From assembly GCA_965198005.1 (NCBI GenBank), contig CBDAOI010000003.1, forward strand, positions 320,001 to 384,000: a DNA stretch of 64,000 nt, written 5' to 3'. Origin of the DNA: Spirochaetia bacterium (GTDB taxonomy: Bacteria; Spirochaetota; Spirochaetia; SZUA-6; Bin103). Shown here piece by piece: positions 20,233-32,599 of the stretch; the stretch's first letter is position 1, and every line of letters begins with the position of its first letter. Made by a program: the position numbers and the translations under genes. The notes under the pieces are model-generated. The model had not been told where the DNA came from, did no database searches, and saw nothing but the letters and a program-made list of their open reading frames with translations.

Positions 20233-20332
20233 GAGCGCCGCCGAGCGCCCGACCGGCGGCAGTTGTGCGGCAGTCTCGCGGGGGAGGCTGCTCCCGGCCG
20301 GGAACGGCAGCCGAAGTGCCGGTCGTGCGGCG

Positions 20333-21724
20333 CTACGGGCGCACGCGCTTGCGGTCGCGCGGGAACAGGGCCGCCTGCTTGACGCTGGCCAGGCCGAGGA
20401 TGGTCTGCGTGAGCCGTTCCAGGCCGATCGCGAAGCCGCCGTGGGGAGGACAGCCGTAGCGGAACACCGACAGGTAGTCGGTCATCGACGCCGGGTCCAG
20501 GCCGAACCGCCGGATGCTCTCCACCAGCGCGACGTAGTCGTTGATCCGGCGGCTGCCGGAGGTAAGTTCCTGGCCGCGATACAGCAGGTCGAACGACATC
20601 GTCCGGTTGTCGTCCGCCGGATAGGTATAGAAAGGGCGCTTGCGCCGCGGATAAGCGTACACGAACACCGCGCCGATGCCGTGTTCGGCGGCCGCCCAGT
20701 CGCACAACAGGCGCTCCGCTTCCGGATTGATCTCGTACACCCGCGCGCGGCCGCTCCCGGCGGCGGCCACCGCCCGCGCCTCGTCGTAGCTCAGGCGCGG
20801 AATTGCCGCCACCTGCGCCGCGCTCGGCACCTGCGCGTCCCACTGCGCCAGGATGGCGGCCGCGTCCCGTTCCAGCCCGGTGAAGATGGTGGTCAGCAAC
20901 CGCTGCTCCAGGTCGATCAGATCATGCTCGCTGTCGATGTACGCCAGTTCCACGTCCAGCGACACGTACTCGTTGATGTGGCGCGGCGTGTCGTGCTTCT
21001 CGGCCCGATAGGCCATGCCGATCTCGAACACCCGCTCCAGGCCCGCCGCCACCAGCGCCTGCTTGTAGAGCTGCGGCGACTGCGCCAGGTACACGGTGCG
21101 GTCGAAGTACTCCACGGCGAACAGCCCGGTACCCCCTTCGGTGCCGCTGCCGATCAGCTTCGACGACTTGATCTCCGTGAACCCTTCCGCCCGCAGGTGC
21201 TCGGCGAACAGCCGCACGATCTCCGCCTGCAGGCGGAAGATGGCGAGCGTCTTGGGGTTGCGCAGGCTCACCATGCGGTGCTCCAGCAGGGCCTCGAGGC
21301 TGAGCTGCGCCGGGTCCTGGTTCACTGCCAGCGGCAGGTCGGGCGCCGCCGCCGAGATTACCCGGCACGCCTCTGCCTGGACCTCGAAGCCGCCCGGGGC
21401 CTTGCGGTTGGCCGCCACTCGGCCGCTGATTTCCACCACCGACTCCAGCGCGACCGGCCGCCCGGCGGCGTCCGCCGGCGCCGCGCCGAACACCGTCTGG
21501 CACAACCCGGAGCGGTCGCGCAGGATCAGAAAGCAGACCCGCCCCAGGTCGCGCAGCCGGTGCACCCAGCCGCGCAGCCGCACCGTGTCGCCGACGTGCG
21601 CCGCGAGGCCGGCGGCCAGCACGCGGCCGGCGCCGGGTGCGCGTGCGTCCGGCTGGGGTCCGGGTGCTGCCGGTGCGTTACCGTCGGCCGTGCGCCGTGT
21701 CCCGGACTGCCCGCGCCGGCTCAT
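20333..21724 (-). CDS. aspS: non-discriminating archaeal-type aspartate--tRNA(Asp/Asn) ligase
   Basis: GWVH and KAPGG (ND-type residues), YLAQSPQLYKQ, PPHGGFAIGLER. Confidence 0.92.
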   Translation of the reverse strand: MSRRGQSGTRRTADGNAPAAPGPQPDARAPGAGRVLAAGLAAHVGDTVRLRGWVHRLRDLGRVCFLILRDRSGLCQTVFGAAPADAAGRPVALESVVEISGRVAANRKAPGGFEVQAEACRVISAAAPDLPLAVNQDPAQLSLEALLEHRMVSLRNPKTLAIFRLQAEIVRLFAEHLRAEGFTEIKSSKLIGSGTEGGTGLFAVEYFDRTVYLAQSPQLYKQALVAAGLERVFEIGMAYRAEKHDTPRHINEYVSLDVELAYIDSEHDLIDLEQRLLTTIFTGLERDAAAILAQWDAQVPSAAQVAAIPRLSYDEARAVAAAGSGRARVYEINPEAERLLCDWAAAEHGIGAVFVYAYPRRKRPFYTYPADDNRTMSFDLLYRGQELTSGSRRINDYVALVESIRRFGLDPASMTDYLSVFRYGCPPHGGFAIGLERLTQTILGLASVKQAALFPRDRKRVRP

Positions 21725-23207
21725 CCGTCATCCCGCCGGGCCGCTGCCGGGTCATCGGCGCCCGCGGGCGCGGCGGCGTACAGCGCCTCGATCAGCGCGT
21801 GCACCTGGTCCGGCCGGGCGCGGCCGCCGGTGCGCCGCATCATCTGCCCGACCAGGAACCCCACCGGCTTGCGGTCACGCGCCGCGATCTGCTGCTGCAC
21901 CCGCGGGTTGTCCGCCAGCACCTGCTGCAGGATCGGCTGCAGCTCGGCGCCGGCGGTGATCTGGCTCAGGCCGTCCTCGGCCACCACCGCGCGCGGGTCG
22001 CGGCCGTCGCCGATCACCACCGCCAGCACCTGCTTGGCCAGCTTGCCGCTGACCGTGCCCTCGGCCAGCAGGCGCAGCAGCTCCACCAGCCGCCGCGGGG
22101 TGAGGTGGCTGGCCTCCAGCGTCTCCCGGCGCCGGTTGAGGTGCTTGCGCACGTCCGCGGCCAGCCAGCGCGCGGCCAGCGACGGGTCGGCCCCGGCGGC
22201 CACCGTCTGCTCGAAGAACGCGGCGGTGGCGGGCTCGTCGGTGAGGAAGGCCGCCTGCTCCAGGCTCAGGCCGTGCGCCTGCCGCAGCCGGTCGCGCCGG
22301 GCCAGCGGCAGCTCCACCAGCCGCTCCTCGACCGCCGCGAAGAAAGCGCGGTCGGGCCGGAACGGCGGCAGATCCGGTTCCGGAAAGTAGCGGTAGTCGT
22401 CCTCGCTCTCCTTGACCCGCATCGGCTCGGTGCAGTCGCGGTTCTCGTTCCACAGCCGGGTCTCCACAATCACCTCGCCGCCACGGGCGAGCAGCGCGGT
22501 CTGCCGTTCGATCTCGAAGTCGAGGGCGTTGCGGACGAACTTGAACGAGTTGAGATTCTTGATCTCCACCTTGCTGCCGAGGCCGAGGCCGCTGCGGTTC
22601 ACCGACACGTTGGCGTCGCAGCGCAACGACCCCTGCTCCATGTTGCCGTCGCACACCCCCAGGAACCGCACCATCCGGCGGAACTGCTCCAGGAACTGCT
22701 CGGCCGCCCGGCCGCCGGTCAGGTCCGGCTGGGTGACCACCTCGACCAGCGGGGTGCCGGTGCGGTTGTAGTCGAGCAGCGAGACGTCGCCCGCGTGGAT
22801 CATCTTGCCGGCGTCCTCTTCGAGGTGGACCTCGCGGATGCTCACGGTGTCGGCGACGCCGTCGATCTCCGCCCGGAAGCGGCCGGCGCTCCCGATCGGG
22901 GCCCCGTACTGCGAGATCTGATAGTTCTTGGGCAGATCCGGGTAGAAATAATTCTTGCGTTCGAACACCGTGCGGTCGCTCAGGGTGCACTCCAGCGCGC
23001 GCGCCAGCACGTACGCCTTGAGCACCGCCTCCTCGTTCAGCGCGGGCAAGATCCCGGGATACCCCAGGCACACCGGGCAGACATTCTCGTTGGGCCGGTC
23101 GCCGAACGCGTTGCGGCAGTCGCAGAACACCTTGGACGCGGTGATGAGCTGGACGTGAATCTCCAATCCGACGAACCCCCGGTATCCGTTTTCGTTCGTC
23201 TCTCGGC

Positions 23208-23217
<10 letters not shown>
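21721..23217 (-). CDS. gatB: Asp/Glu-tRNA amidotransferase subunit B
   Basis: GLEIHVQL, RKNYFYPDLPK, HLEEDAGK, YRYFPEPDL. Confidence 0.97.
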
Positions 23218-24701
<1,484 letters not shown>

Positions 24702-24855
24702 GAACTGCTCCTCGGCCGGGCGCGCCGCCGCAAGCGCGCAGGCACGACGGTGCGCGGCGCATTGGCAGCGCACCCGGGCAGCAGGTGGCGCGCGTCCGGC
24801 ATGGACTGCCGCACGGACAGTGCCCGGCGGGCGACATTGTCGGGTTTGGTGTACA

Positions 24856-25218
24856 CTAGAGAACGTTGGGGACGCTGAAGTGGTAGTCTTCGCGCTCGGG
24901 AGCGGCTGCCAGCAGCCGCGCGGAGTCGGCGCCGGACCAGCGCTCGGCCGCGGGCGTGACCCGGTCCGGCCGGAGCCGGTTGCGCGCCTGCAGGGCATGG
25001 GTCGTCGGCTCCACGCCGCCGACGTCCAGGGTCGCCATCACGTCGAAGTACCGGAGGATCTGCTGCACCCCGGCGCGCAGGCGCTCGCGTTCGGCGCCGG
25101 TCAGGCGCAACCGCGCCATCTCGGCGGTGGTCGCCAACTCCGCGTCGCTCAGGGCGATGCCCGCGGAATCTCCGCCGCCTCCGCTGCTCCCGCCGCCGGC
25201 CACAGTGTCCTGCTCCAT
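24856..25218 (-). CDS. gatC: amidotransferase subunit C
   Basis: MARLRL...ILRYF...VEPT...LRPD...VPNVL; position before gatA. Confidence 0.9.
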   Translation of the reverse strand: MEQDTVAGGGSSGGGGDSAGIALSDAELATTAEMARLRLTGAERERLRAGVQQILRYFDVMATLDVGGVEPTTHALQARNRLRPDRVTPAAERWSGADSARLLAAAPEREDYHFSVPNVL

Positions 25219-25339
25219 GGGAATCCCGGTAAGCATGGGTGCTTGTGCGGGGACGTGTCAAGCAATTATCGGGCCAAACGGGCCAGATTTGACCCTGCAG
25301 GGCGGTAGCCGTATAGTTTAAGTGAGTTGCGCCCGCAAC

Positions 25340-26791
25340 ATGAGTGATGTACTAGTCCAGCCGCAGGCGGTCACGCAGGATTTCCCGCGGGTCAGTTTCT
25401 ACGATGTGGATCTGGTCCATCTGTACGAACGATCCTGGAATTGGATCGCCGAGCAATGGCGGAGCGGAACCGATGTCAATGGGTTCGTCCCGCGCTACTT
25501 CTGCCATCCCGGCGCCGACCGGATCAACCAGTTCGAGACCTGTTTTGCCACCTTCTTTCTGGTATACGGAAACGGCACCTATCCGGTCGCGGCACAGTTG
25601 GACAACTTCTACGAGAGGCAGGAGGAAGACGGCGCCATCCGTGGCGAGTACCGGGTGGACGACGGCAGCCCGGTACGGTCCCGGGCCAACCCGACCGGAG
25701 TGGCGCCGCCGCTGTTCGCGTGGGCGGAATACAACCTGTACCACAAGCTGGGCGACAAGAAGCGGCTGCGGGACAAGCTCGACGTGCTTGAGCGCTACTT
25801 TCAGTGGCTGGAGACCACGCACCGCAGGGAGAACGGTCTCTACGCCGTACCCCTGGCAGCCACCGTGATGGGCAACAGTCCGCGCGACGGTTGCTGCTAC
25901 CCGGTGGACTTCAATGCGCAACAGACGATCAACGCGTGGTACATGTCCGCCATCGGCGACGTCCTGAACGACAAGGACATCGGCTTCAAGTACAAGCGTG
26001 CCTACTTCTCGCTCAAGACCCGCATCAGTCAGCTCATGTGGGATGAACGGACCGGCTTCTACTACGACCTCGACCGTCGGGGGCGGCGCCTCGACGTGCG
26101 GACGATCGCGGCGTTCTGGACCCTGCTGGCGCGGATCCCGAACGAAGAGAAGAGTGAACGCCTCATCGCCTGCCTCAGCGACCCGGGCGACTTCGGCGTG
26201 GAGCATCCATTCCCGACCCTCTCCGCCGGCCACGCCGGCTTCTCGACCGACGGCTCCGGCTACAAGGGATCGGTGGTCCCGCCGTTCAACTACATGGTGA
26301 TCAAGGGGCTGGAACGGTACCGGAAGTTCGAGTTGGCGCGCGAGTTCGCGCTCCGCCACCTGTACTACGTGCTTGACGGATTGCACCCCGAGGAGAACGC
26401 GTCCGGCTCCCTGTTCGAAGCCTACTCGCCCCAGCATGAGGGGCCCGCGCGCTGGTCGGGCAAACGCGGCTACCCGCGCCAGCTCCTGATGGCCTACAAC
26501 GCCCTGAGCACGGTGGCGTTGATGATCGAGAACGTGGTGGGGCTCTACATCTCGCTGCCGCGCAAGACGGTCGACTGGCGCATCCCCAAGATGGAGATCA
26601 TGGGGGTCGAGAACCTGCAGCTCAAGCGCAACCTGATTTCGATCCTCAGCGCCAAGAGCGGGCGCGGGTGGGAGATCCGGCTGGAGTCGGAGAAGCTGTA
26701 TTACCTCACCATCAACGTCCTGCCCGAACGGCGGCGCAAGACGCTGCCGATCCCGTCCGGCAAGTGCTCGATCCTCGTCGACAAGATCTGA
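25340..26791 (+). CDS. GH63/trehalase-like (alpha/alpha)6 glycosidase family protein
   Basis: PPLFAWAE, NSPR, MWDERTGFYYD, HPFPTLS, GLERY. Confidence 0.75.
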   Translation: MSDVLVQPQAVTQDFPRVSFYDVDLVHLYERSWNWIAEQWRSGTDVNGFVPRYFCHPGADRINQFETCFATFFLVYGNGTYPVAAQLDNFYERQEEDGAIRGEYRVDDGSPVRSRANPTGVAPPLFAWAEYNLYHKLGDKKRLRDKLDVLERYFQWLETTHRRENGLYAVPLAATVMGNSPRDGCCYPVDFNAQQTINAWYMSAIGDVLNDKDIGFKYKRAYFSLKTRISQLMWDERTGFYYDLDRRGRRLDVRTIAAFWTLLARIPNEEKSERLIACLSDPGDFGVEHPFPTLSAGHAGFSTDGSGYKGSVVPPFNYMVIKGLERYRKFELAREFALRHLYYVLDGLHPEENASGSLFEAYSPQHEGPARWSGKRGYPRQLLMAYNALSTVALMIENVVGLYISLPRKTVDWRIPKMEIMGVENLQLKRNLISILSAKSGRGWEIRLESEKLYYLTINVLPERRRKTLPIPSGKCSILVDKI

Positions 26792-26805
26792 TCGACACGA
26801 TCTGA

Positions 26806-27396
26806 TTACTCGATCCGCACGCGGCCGCGCAGAGCCCGACTGACGGTGAGGCGGTCGGAGTACTCGAGATCGCTGCCCACCGGCAGGCCGTGCGCGAGCT
26901 GGAACGCCGCCACCCCGAGCCCGCGCAGTTGCTTGGCCACCAACAGCGCCGTGGCCTCGCCCTCCACGGTGGGATTGGTAGCCACGATCACTTCGCGGAT
27001 CCCCTCCTCCCGCACGCGACCGAGCAGCGAGTCGATCTGCAGGTCGTCGGGACCGACCCCGTCGAGCGGCGAGAGCGCACCCATCAGCACGTGGTAGCGA
27101 CCGTTGAACTCGCCGGTCGCTTCGATCGTCTCCACGTCCTGCGGCTGCTCCACCACGCACACCCTGGTGTGGTCGCGCGCCGGGTCGCTGCAGATCGCGC
27201 ACCGCTCGGCCTCGGTATAGGCGCCGCAGGTCCGGCACGGTCGAATCCGTTCCCGTAGCGCCACCAGGTCCGCGGCCAGGGCGCGCACGTAGGCAGGGTC
27301 GGTGCGCAGCAGATGGTAGGCCAGCCGCGCCGCGCTCTTGCGGCCGAGGCCCGGCAGCTTGGCCAGCGCAACGATGAGCCGCTCCAGGCTGTTCAT
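26806..27396 (-). CDS. recR: recombination mediator RecR
   Basis: LPGLGRKSA, C4 Zn finger, TOPRIM NPTVEGEAT. Confidence 0.97.
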   Translation of the reverse strand: MNSLERLIVALAKLPGLGRKSAARLAYHLLRTDPAYVRALAADLVALRERIRPCRTCGAYTEAERCAICSDPARDHTRVCVVEQPQDVETIEATGEFNGRYHVLMGALSPLDGVGPDDLQIDSLLGRVREEGIREVIVATNPTVEGEATALLVAKQLRGLGVAAFQLAHGLPVGSDLEYSDRLTVSRALRGRVRIE

Positions 27397-27411
27397 GGGC
27401 GCGGGTCGGCG

Positions 27412-27735
27412 TCAGGCGCCGAACATGCCGGGGGGAAGAGGCAACCCGCCGGTGGCCGCGTTGAATTCACTGCGCAACCGCTCCTTGACCCTGGTGGTGG
27501 CGTCGGTGAACGCGGCGCGGATCAGATCCTCCAGCATCTCCCGCTCGTTCGGATCGACGGCGTCCGGGGCGACTCTCACCTCCAACACCTCGAGGTGGCC
27601 GTTGAGCACCACCTCCACCATGTCGCCGCCGGCACTGCCGGTGACCCGGACGGTGTGCAGCTTTTCCTGCATCTCGCCCATGTTGCGTTGCAGGCCCTGG
27701 ATCACCTTGAGGAACTCGATCGGGTTATTCGCCAT
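27412..27735 (-). CDS. ybaB: YbaB/EbfC nucleoid-associated protein
   Basis: GSAGGDMV, EMLEDLI; dnaX-ybaB-recR order. Confidence 0.93.
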   Translation of the reverse strand: MANNPIEFLKVIQGLQRNMGEMQEKLHTVRVTGSAGGDMVEVVLNGHLEVLEVRVAPDAVDPNEREMLEDLIRAAFTDATTRVKERLRSEFNAATGGLPLPPGMFGA

Positions 27736-29437
27736 GTGCGATCTCCTTGACCACTTCGCCCCGGAATACTTTGCGAACTCGTTCGACGTCGGAATCGGTA
27801 TCGGTGCTCGTCGGCGACCGCCCTCGATAGGCCACCTTGATCGACACCGGGCGGCCGAGCTCGGTGGCGGCCGCCTCCGCCACCACGCGCTGTTCGCTGG
27901 TCACGTGTCCGCCGGAATAGCCGTCGCGCGGCCCGAAGGCAATGGTGACGCGGTCGCCGGCCAGCTCGGCACCCAGCGCCCGCTCCAGCGCCGCGGCCAG
28001 GGAGAGCAGGTTGCGGCTGCGCACCTGAGCGACCAGCGCCCGCAACAGCGGATCCTCGGCGGCGTCCCGCGCATCCGCAACCGGCGCCGGCGGGTGCTGC
28101 CGCGGACTGGCGTCGGCCGGCGGTGCCTCGGGTGGCGGCGCGGCGGCCGCATCCCCTGCCGCGCGCTCCGAGGTGGCGGCGGGCCGGCTGACGCCGGCGT
28201 CCGCGCTGGCCCCGGATGGCCGGTGCGCGCCGGCCGGTTCCGGCGCCGGTTCCGGCGCCGGCGCCGCGCCCCGGTCCGATGCCACCCCGGGCGCACCCTG
28301 AAACTGCGCCTTGATGGCGGCCACTTCGGCCAGGATCTCGTCGGCGGTAACCATGCCGCCCAGGCGCGCCAGCCGGCTGAGCAGCAACTCGAGCTCGAAG
28401 CGCGGACTGACCGACGCCTTCAGATTGCGGTGCAGCTCCAGCAGCATCTCACCCGCCAGCTCTAGCTGGCTCACGCTCAGGCGCTCGCGCACGGCCGGGC
28501 TGAAGCTCGCCGGCGGGTAGCCGAGAATCCCCGCCCGATCCACGCCGTGCCGGAGCAGCAGCAGCGACCGCAGGTAGTCGGCCAGCGCTACCACGAACCG
28601 CTCGACCGACACGCCGCGTTCGATGATTCCGTCCGCGAGCGCGAGCATCCGGTCCGCGCGGTCCGTGCCGATCAACTCGCCCACGCGGTTGAGCTCGTCC
28701 AGACTGAGCGCACCGATCGTATCACGAATCGCATCCACGCTGATCCTGCCGTCGGTAAACGAGACGAGCTGGTCGAAGGTGGTGTAGGCGTCGCGCAGCG
28801 AACCTCCCGCTTCCTTGGCAATCCAGATCAGCGCCTCCTCCTCGGTCTCGACCGCGAGTTCCGCGGCCACGGCGGCGAGCCGGGCGTGGATCTCGTCGAC
28901 CGAGAACAGGCGGAAGGTGAACTGCTGGCAGCGGGAGCGGATGGTCGCCGGCACCTTGTGGATCTCGGTGGTGGCGAAGATGAACACCACGTACGGCGGG
29001 GGTTCCTCGATCGTCTTCAGCAACGCGTTGAACGCGCTGTTGGAGAGCATGTGGACCTCGTCGATGATGTAGATCTTGTAGCGCGCCGCCGCGGGGGGAA
29101 ACAGCACTTCATCCCGGATGGCGCGCACGTCGTCGACGCCGGTATGGGAAGCCCCGTCGATCTCGATCACGTCGAGCGCGGCCCCCGCAAGTATTTCCTT
29201 GCAAGGATTGCAATCGCCGCATGGGTTGCGGGTCGGGCCGGCGGCGCACTGGAGGGCGCGCGCAAGCACCCGGGCGGCCGAGGTCTTGCCGACCCCGCGC
29301 GGCCCGGAGAACAGAAAGGCGTGTGCGATCCGGTCGCGTTCGATGGCTCCGCTCAGGGTCGCCACCACGAACTCCTGGCCGACCATCTCGTCGAACGAGC
29401 GCGGTCGCTTGCGGGTTGCGGTCACTTCGTAGGCCAT
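27725..29437 (-). CDS. dnaX: DNA polymerase III gamma/tau
   Basis: GPRGVGKTS, IIDEVHML, SRCQ. Confidence 0.97.
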   Translation of the reverse strand: MAYEVTATRKRPRSFDEMVGQEFVVATLSGAIERDRIAHAFLFSGPRGVGKTSAARVLARALQCAAGPTRNPCGDCNPCKEILAGAALDVIEIDGASHTGVDDVRAIRDEVLFPPAAARYKIYIIDEVHMLSNSAFNALLKTIEEPPPYVVFIFATTEIHKVPATIRSRCQQFTFRLFSVDEIHARLAAVAAELAVETEEEALIWIAKEAGGSLRDAYTTFDQLVSFTDGRISVDAIRDTIGALSLDELNRVGELIGTDRADRMLALADGIIERGVSVERFVVALADYLRSLLLLRHGVDRAGILGYPPASFSPAVRERLSVSQLELAGEMLLELHRNLKASVSPRFELELLLSRLARLGGMVTADEILAEVAAIKAQFQGAPGVASDRGAAPAPEPAPEPAGAHRPSGASADAGVSRPAATSERAAGDAAAAPPPEAPPADASPRQHPPAPVADARDAAEDPLLRALVAQVRSRNLLSLAAALERALGAELAGDRVTIAFGPRDGYSGGHVTSEQRVVAEAAATELGRPVSIKVAYRGRSPTSTDTDSDVERVRKVFRGEVVKEIAHGE

Positions 29438-29448
29438 AAGCTAAAAAG

Positions 29449-29572
29449 CCCCCCCCTGGCCGCCCCCGATTGGCTACGGCTCCTGCGCGCACCGCTTACC
29501 GCTGCTACCTCCCGGTCCTGACGGAGTTGGGCGGGCGAGCATAGCGTAGATCAGAGACAGACCAGCGGGGGG
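29449..29572 (-). ncRNA. ffs: SRP RNA (small bacterial type)
   Basis: TCAGGACCGGGAGGTAGCAGC domain IV, terminal stem, upstream of dnaX; ends approximate. Confidence 0.85.
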
Positions 29573-29575
29573 TTG

Positions 29576-29663
29576 CGGAGAGAGTGGGATTCGAACCCAC
29601 GGTACCCGGTAAGAGCACACACGCTTTCCAAGCGTGCACCTTCGGCCGCTCGGTCATCTCTCC
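29576..29663 (-). tRNA. tRNA-Ser(GGA)
   Basis: cloverleaf, loop CTTGGAA, long variable arm. Confidence 0.92.
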
Positions 29664-29687
29664 CTGCCCACGCCGGGCTCTGGGCTG

Positions 29688-29777
29688 CGGAGAGAGTGGG
29701 ATTCGAACCCACGGAGCCAGCTTGCGCGGCTCAACGGATTTCGAGTCCGCCCGATTCGACCGCTCTCGCATCTCTCC
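29688..29777 (-). tRNA. tRNA-Ser(CGA)
   Basis: loop CTCGAAA, long variable arm. Confidence 0.92.
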
Positions 29778-29820
29778 GTACCCCGGCGGCTCGCGTCCAT
29801 CCGCGTCCGCCGGTGGCTTG

Positions 29821-29895
29821 CGTGCCCAAGAGGACTCGAACCTCCGACCTCTAGATCCGCAATCTAACGCTCTATCCAGACTGAGCTATGGGCAC
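29821..29895 (-). tRNA. tRNA-Arg(GCG)
   Basis: stem TTAGA/TCTAG, loop TTGCGGA. Confidence 0.9.
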
Positions 29896-29908
29896 AGGTG
29901 AACTGGTT

Positions 29909-29995
<87 letters not shown>

Positions 29996-30024
29996 CGGCT
30001 GCACGGCGGCCGGCGCCCGCGTCG

Positions 30025-30108
30025 CGGAGAGGGTGGGATTCGAACCCACGGAGCCAACGACTCAGCGGTTTTCAAGACCGCCTCCTTCGACCACTCGGAC
30101 ACCTCTCC
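30025..30108 (-). tRNA. tRNA-Ser(TGA)
   Basis: loop CTTGAAA. Confidence 0.92.
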
Positions 30109-30146
30109 AAGCTGTTGGCGCAACCGTGCCCAACGCCAGACAACAG

Positions 30147-30176
30147 AGAATAGTCAATCCCGCCGCGGGTTGTCAA
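30147..30176 (-). promoter_or_regulatory. sigma70 promoter of the tRNA-ffs-dnaX cluster
   Basis: TTGACA-N18-TATTCT. Confidence 0.7.
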
Positions 30177-30329
30177 ATGAACGCACGGCGACACGGCGAA
30201 TCATGCAGCGCATCACGTGTAGTTCATAGTGCCCGCCGCGCTGCCGTCGAGCCTCGGGGCGTGCGGCTTGCCCATTCGCGCGCAGGGGGGAGGGGCGTCC
30301 CCGGGGCACAAACAAACTTGTGATGCGCG

Positions 30330-31205
30330 CTACGTTTGTTGCGGCAACAGCAGCCGCTGCTCGATCCGTTCCAGGTCCTCGGCGCTGAAGAAGGCGATTT
30401 CTATCTTGCCCCGCTCCAGCCGGCCGCTCACCGTTACCTTGGTGCCGAAGGCATCTATCAGCCGTTGCTGCAAGTCACGCAGATGCGGCTCGGGGCCGGC
30501 CGCCGGTGGCGTGCCCCGGTCGGCGGCACCGGACCGGTCCCCGTTGTCGCGCAGCCGGGCGGCGTAGGCCTCGGCCTGGCGCACGGTGAGGTGTTGCAGC
30601 CGCGGGAAGAATTGTGCGCGCTGCTGCGGGTCGCGGATCGTCAGGAGCGCCCGCGCGTGGCCGGCGGTGATCGTGCCCTCGGTCAATGCGTTCCGGACCT
30701 CCAGCGGCAGCCCCAGGAGCCGCAGGCTGTTGGTCACCGTCGACCGGTGCTTCCCCACCCGCTGCGCCAACTCGTCCTGACTGATGCCGCTGATCTGCAG
30801 CAGCCGCCGATAGGCGTTCGCCTCCTCGATCGGCGTCAGGTCCTCGCGCTGGACGTTCTCTATCAGCGCCAGGGCCAGCCGCTCGTCATCGCTGGCGACG
30901 CGCACGATCACGGGGATTCGCCGGAGGCCGGCGCGCTGGGCCGCGCGGTAACGCCGTTCGCCGGCGATTATCCGGTAGCGGCCGCCGGCCGGCTCCACCA
31001 GGATCGGTTGCAGCACGCCATGCGAGGCGATCGACGTGGCCAGTTCTTCCAGCGCCTGGTCGCCGAACCGTACCCGCGGCTGGTCATTGCCGGGGTCGAT
31101 CTGATCGAGCGGAAGCTCCGTGGTGCCGCCTTCCGGATCCTGGTCGGGCCCGGATCCCATAAGAGCTGCCAATCCTCGACCGAGGCCGCGTCTCGCTTCA
31201 GACAT
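30330..31205 (-). CDS. parB: chromosome partitioning protein ParB
   Basis: GLGRGL, IIAGERRYRA, LIENVQREDL, HTH. Confidence 0.97.
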   Translation of the reverse strand: MSEARRGLGRGLAALMGSGPDQDPEGGTTELPLDQIDPGNDQPRVRFGDQALEELATSIASHGVLQPILVEPAGGRYRIIAGERRYRAAQRAGLRRIPVIVRVASDDERLALALIENVQREDLTPIEEANAYRRLLQISGISQDELAQRVGKHRSTVTNSLRLLGLPLEVRNALTEGTITAGHARALLTIRDPQQRAQFFPRLQHLTVRQAEAYAARLRDNGDRSGAADRGTPPAAGPEPHLRDLQQRLIDAFGTKVTVSGRLERGKIEIAFFSAEDLERIEQRLLLPQQT

Positions 31206-31959
31206 GCAGAGTCACCTCCCGGGCCAGCTCGTTGTAGCTGCGCGCCCCGATGCACTTGGGATCGTAGAGCTGGATCGGTTGCGAATAGGACGGCGCCTCC
31301 CCGAGGCGCACGTTGCGCGGAATGATCGTTCGAAACACCTTGTGGCGAAAGAATCCGGTCACCTCACGCACCACTTCCTGCGACAGCCGGGTGCGGGCAT
31401 CGAACATCGTGAACAGGATGCCTCCCACCGTGAGCCGCGGATTGAGCGTCGTCCGGACCCGTCCAATGGTCTTCAACAATTCACTCAGCCCTTCGAGCGC
31501 GAAGTACTCGCACTGCAGCGGGATGATCACGTGCGAAGCCGCCGCGAGCCCGTTCACCGTGAGGATGCCGAGCGACGGGGGGCAGTCGATGAACACGAAA
31601 TCGTACGCCGAGTCCAGTCTGTCCAGGGCGGCGCTGAGATAGAACTCTCTGCGCTCCTGGGTGACCAGCTCGACGGCGGCGCCGGCAAGGTCGATGCTCG
31701 ACGGAATGATCCGCAGCCCGGCCACGGCGGTGTCCTGCACCACGTCGGCGGGCTCGGCGTCGGAGACGATCAGTTCATAGATTCCGGGCCGATCGCCAGC
31801 GGCACCGAGACTGGTTGACGAGTTGGCCTGCGGGTCGAAATCCACCAGCAACACGCGCGAACCGATGGCGGCGAGTGCCGCGCCGAGATTCACCGCGGTG
31901 GTGGTCTTTCCCACCCCGCCCTTCTGATTGGCGAAGACGATCCGCCGAACTGTCCCCAT
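31198..31959 (-). CDS. parA: ParA/Soj ATPase
   Basis: NQKGGVGKTT, DFDPQAN, IDCPPSLG. Confidence 0.97.
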   Translation of the reverse strand: MGTVRRIVFANQKGGVGKTTTAVNLGAALAAIGSRVLLVDFDPQANSSTSLGAAGDRPGIYELIVSDAEPADVVQDTAVAGLRIIPSSIDLAGAAVELVTQERREFYLSAALDRLDSAYDFVFIDCPPSLGILTVNGLAAASHVIIPLQCEYFALEGLSELLKTIGRVRTTLNPRLTVGGILFTMFDARTRLSQEVVREVTGFFRHKVFRTIIPRNVRLGEAPSYSQPIQLYDPKCIGARSYNELAREVTLHV

Positions 31960-32099
31960 CCCTGCGTCTACCGTATCAGGAGAGGGGCGGCCGTGGCAAA
32001 TCCAGGGTCCGGACGAGGGCCGCCCGGGCCGCCCGGGGCACCCATCGGCTGGCGCCGAGCCGTTGCGCCTTGCTGCGGGTGATAAGAGGGTAGCTCCAG

Positions 32100-32541
32100 A
32101 TGAAACAGACAGCGAAGCAGGTGCGCGTGCGGCGCAACCCGTGCGGGATGCCCGTGGACGAGGACTTCGAGCTGGTCGAGGTGCCGCTGCCGGAGCCGGC
32201 AGCAGGCGAGCTGCTGGTTCGCACCATCTACGTCTCGCTGGACCCCTACATGCGCGGCGGCATGGGGCGGCCCGAGGCTATTGGCGCCACGCCAACTGGC
32301 GGCATGGTGAGCCAGGTGCTGGCCTCGCGCTCCCCCCTATTCGAAGAGGGGCAGTACGTCAGTCAGTACGTCGGCGGGTCGATCGGAGGGTATCTCCCCC
32401 GTAGCGGTGGCCGGTCTCGTGGTCGATGGCATCCGCGAGGAACGGTTCTACCTGCTCACCCATCCTGAGATCATACTGAGCCGCGTCCGCTTGCGGATGG
32501 AGGCGATCCTGGCAGGCGCCAACCCCCCGGTGATGGTCTGA
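32100..32541 (+). pseudogene. fused fragments: NADP-dependent oxidoreductase N-terminus plus SDR C-terminus
   Basis: DFELVEVPLPEP...YVSLDPYMRG; then VVDGIREERFYLLTHPE in another frame. Confidence 0.65.
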
Positions 32542-32599
32542 TGACGCCGTCGGGATCGCCACCTTCCCGGAACGCAGCGATCCGCGATAAGGTGGCGCT

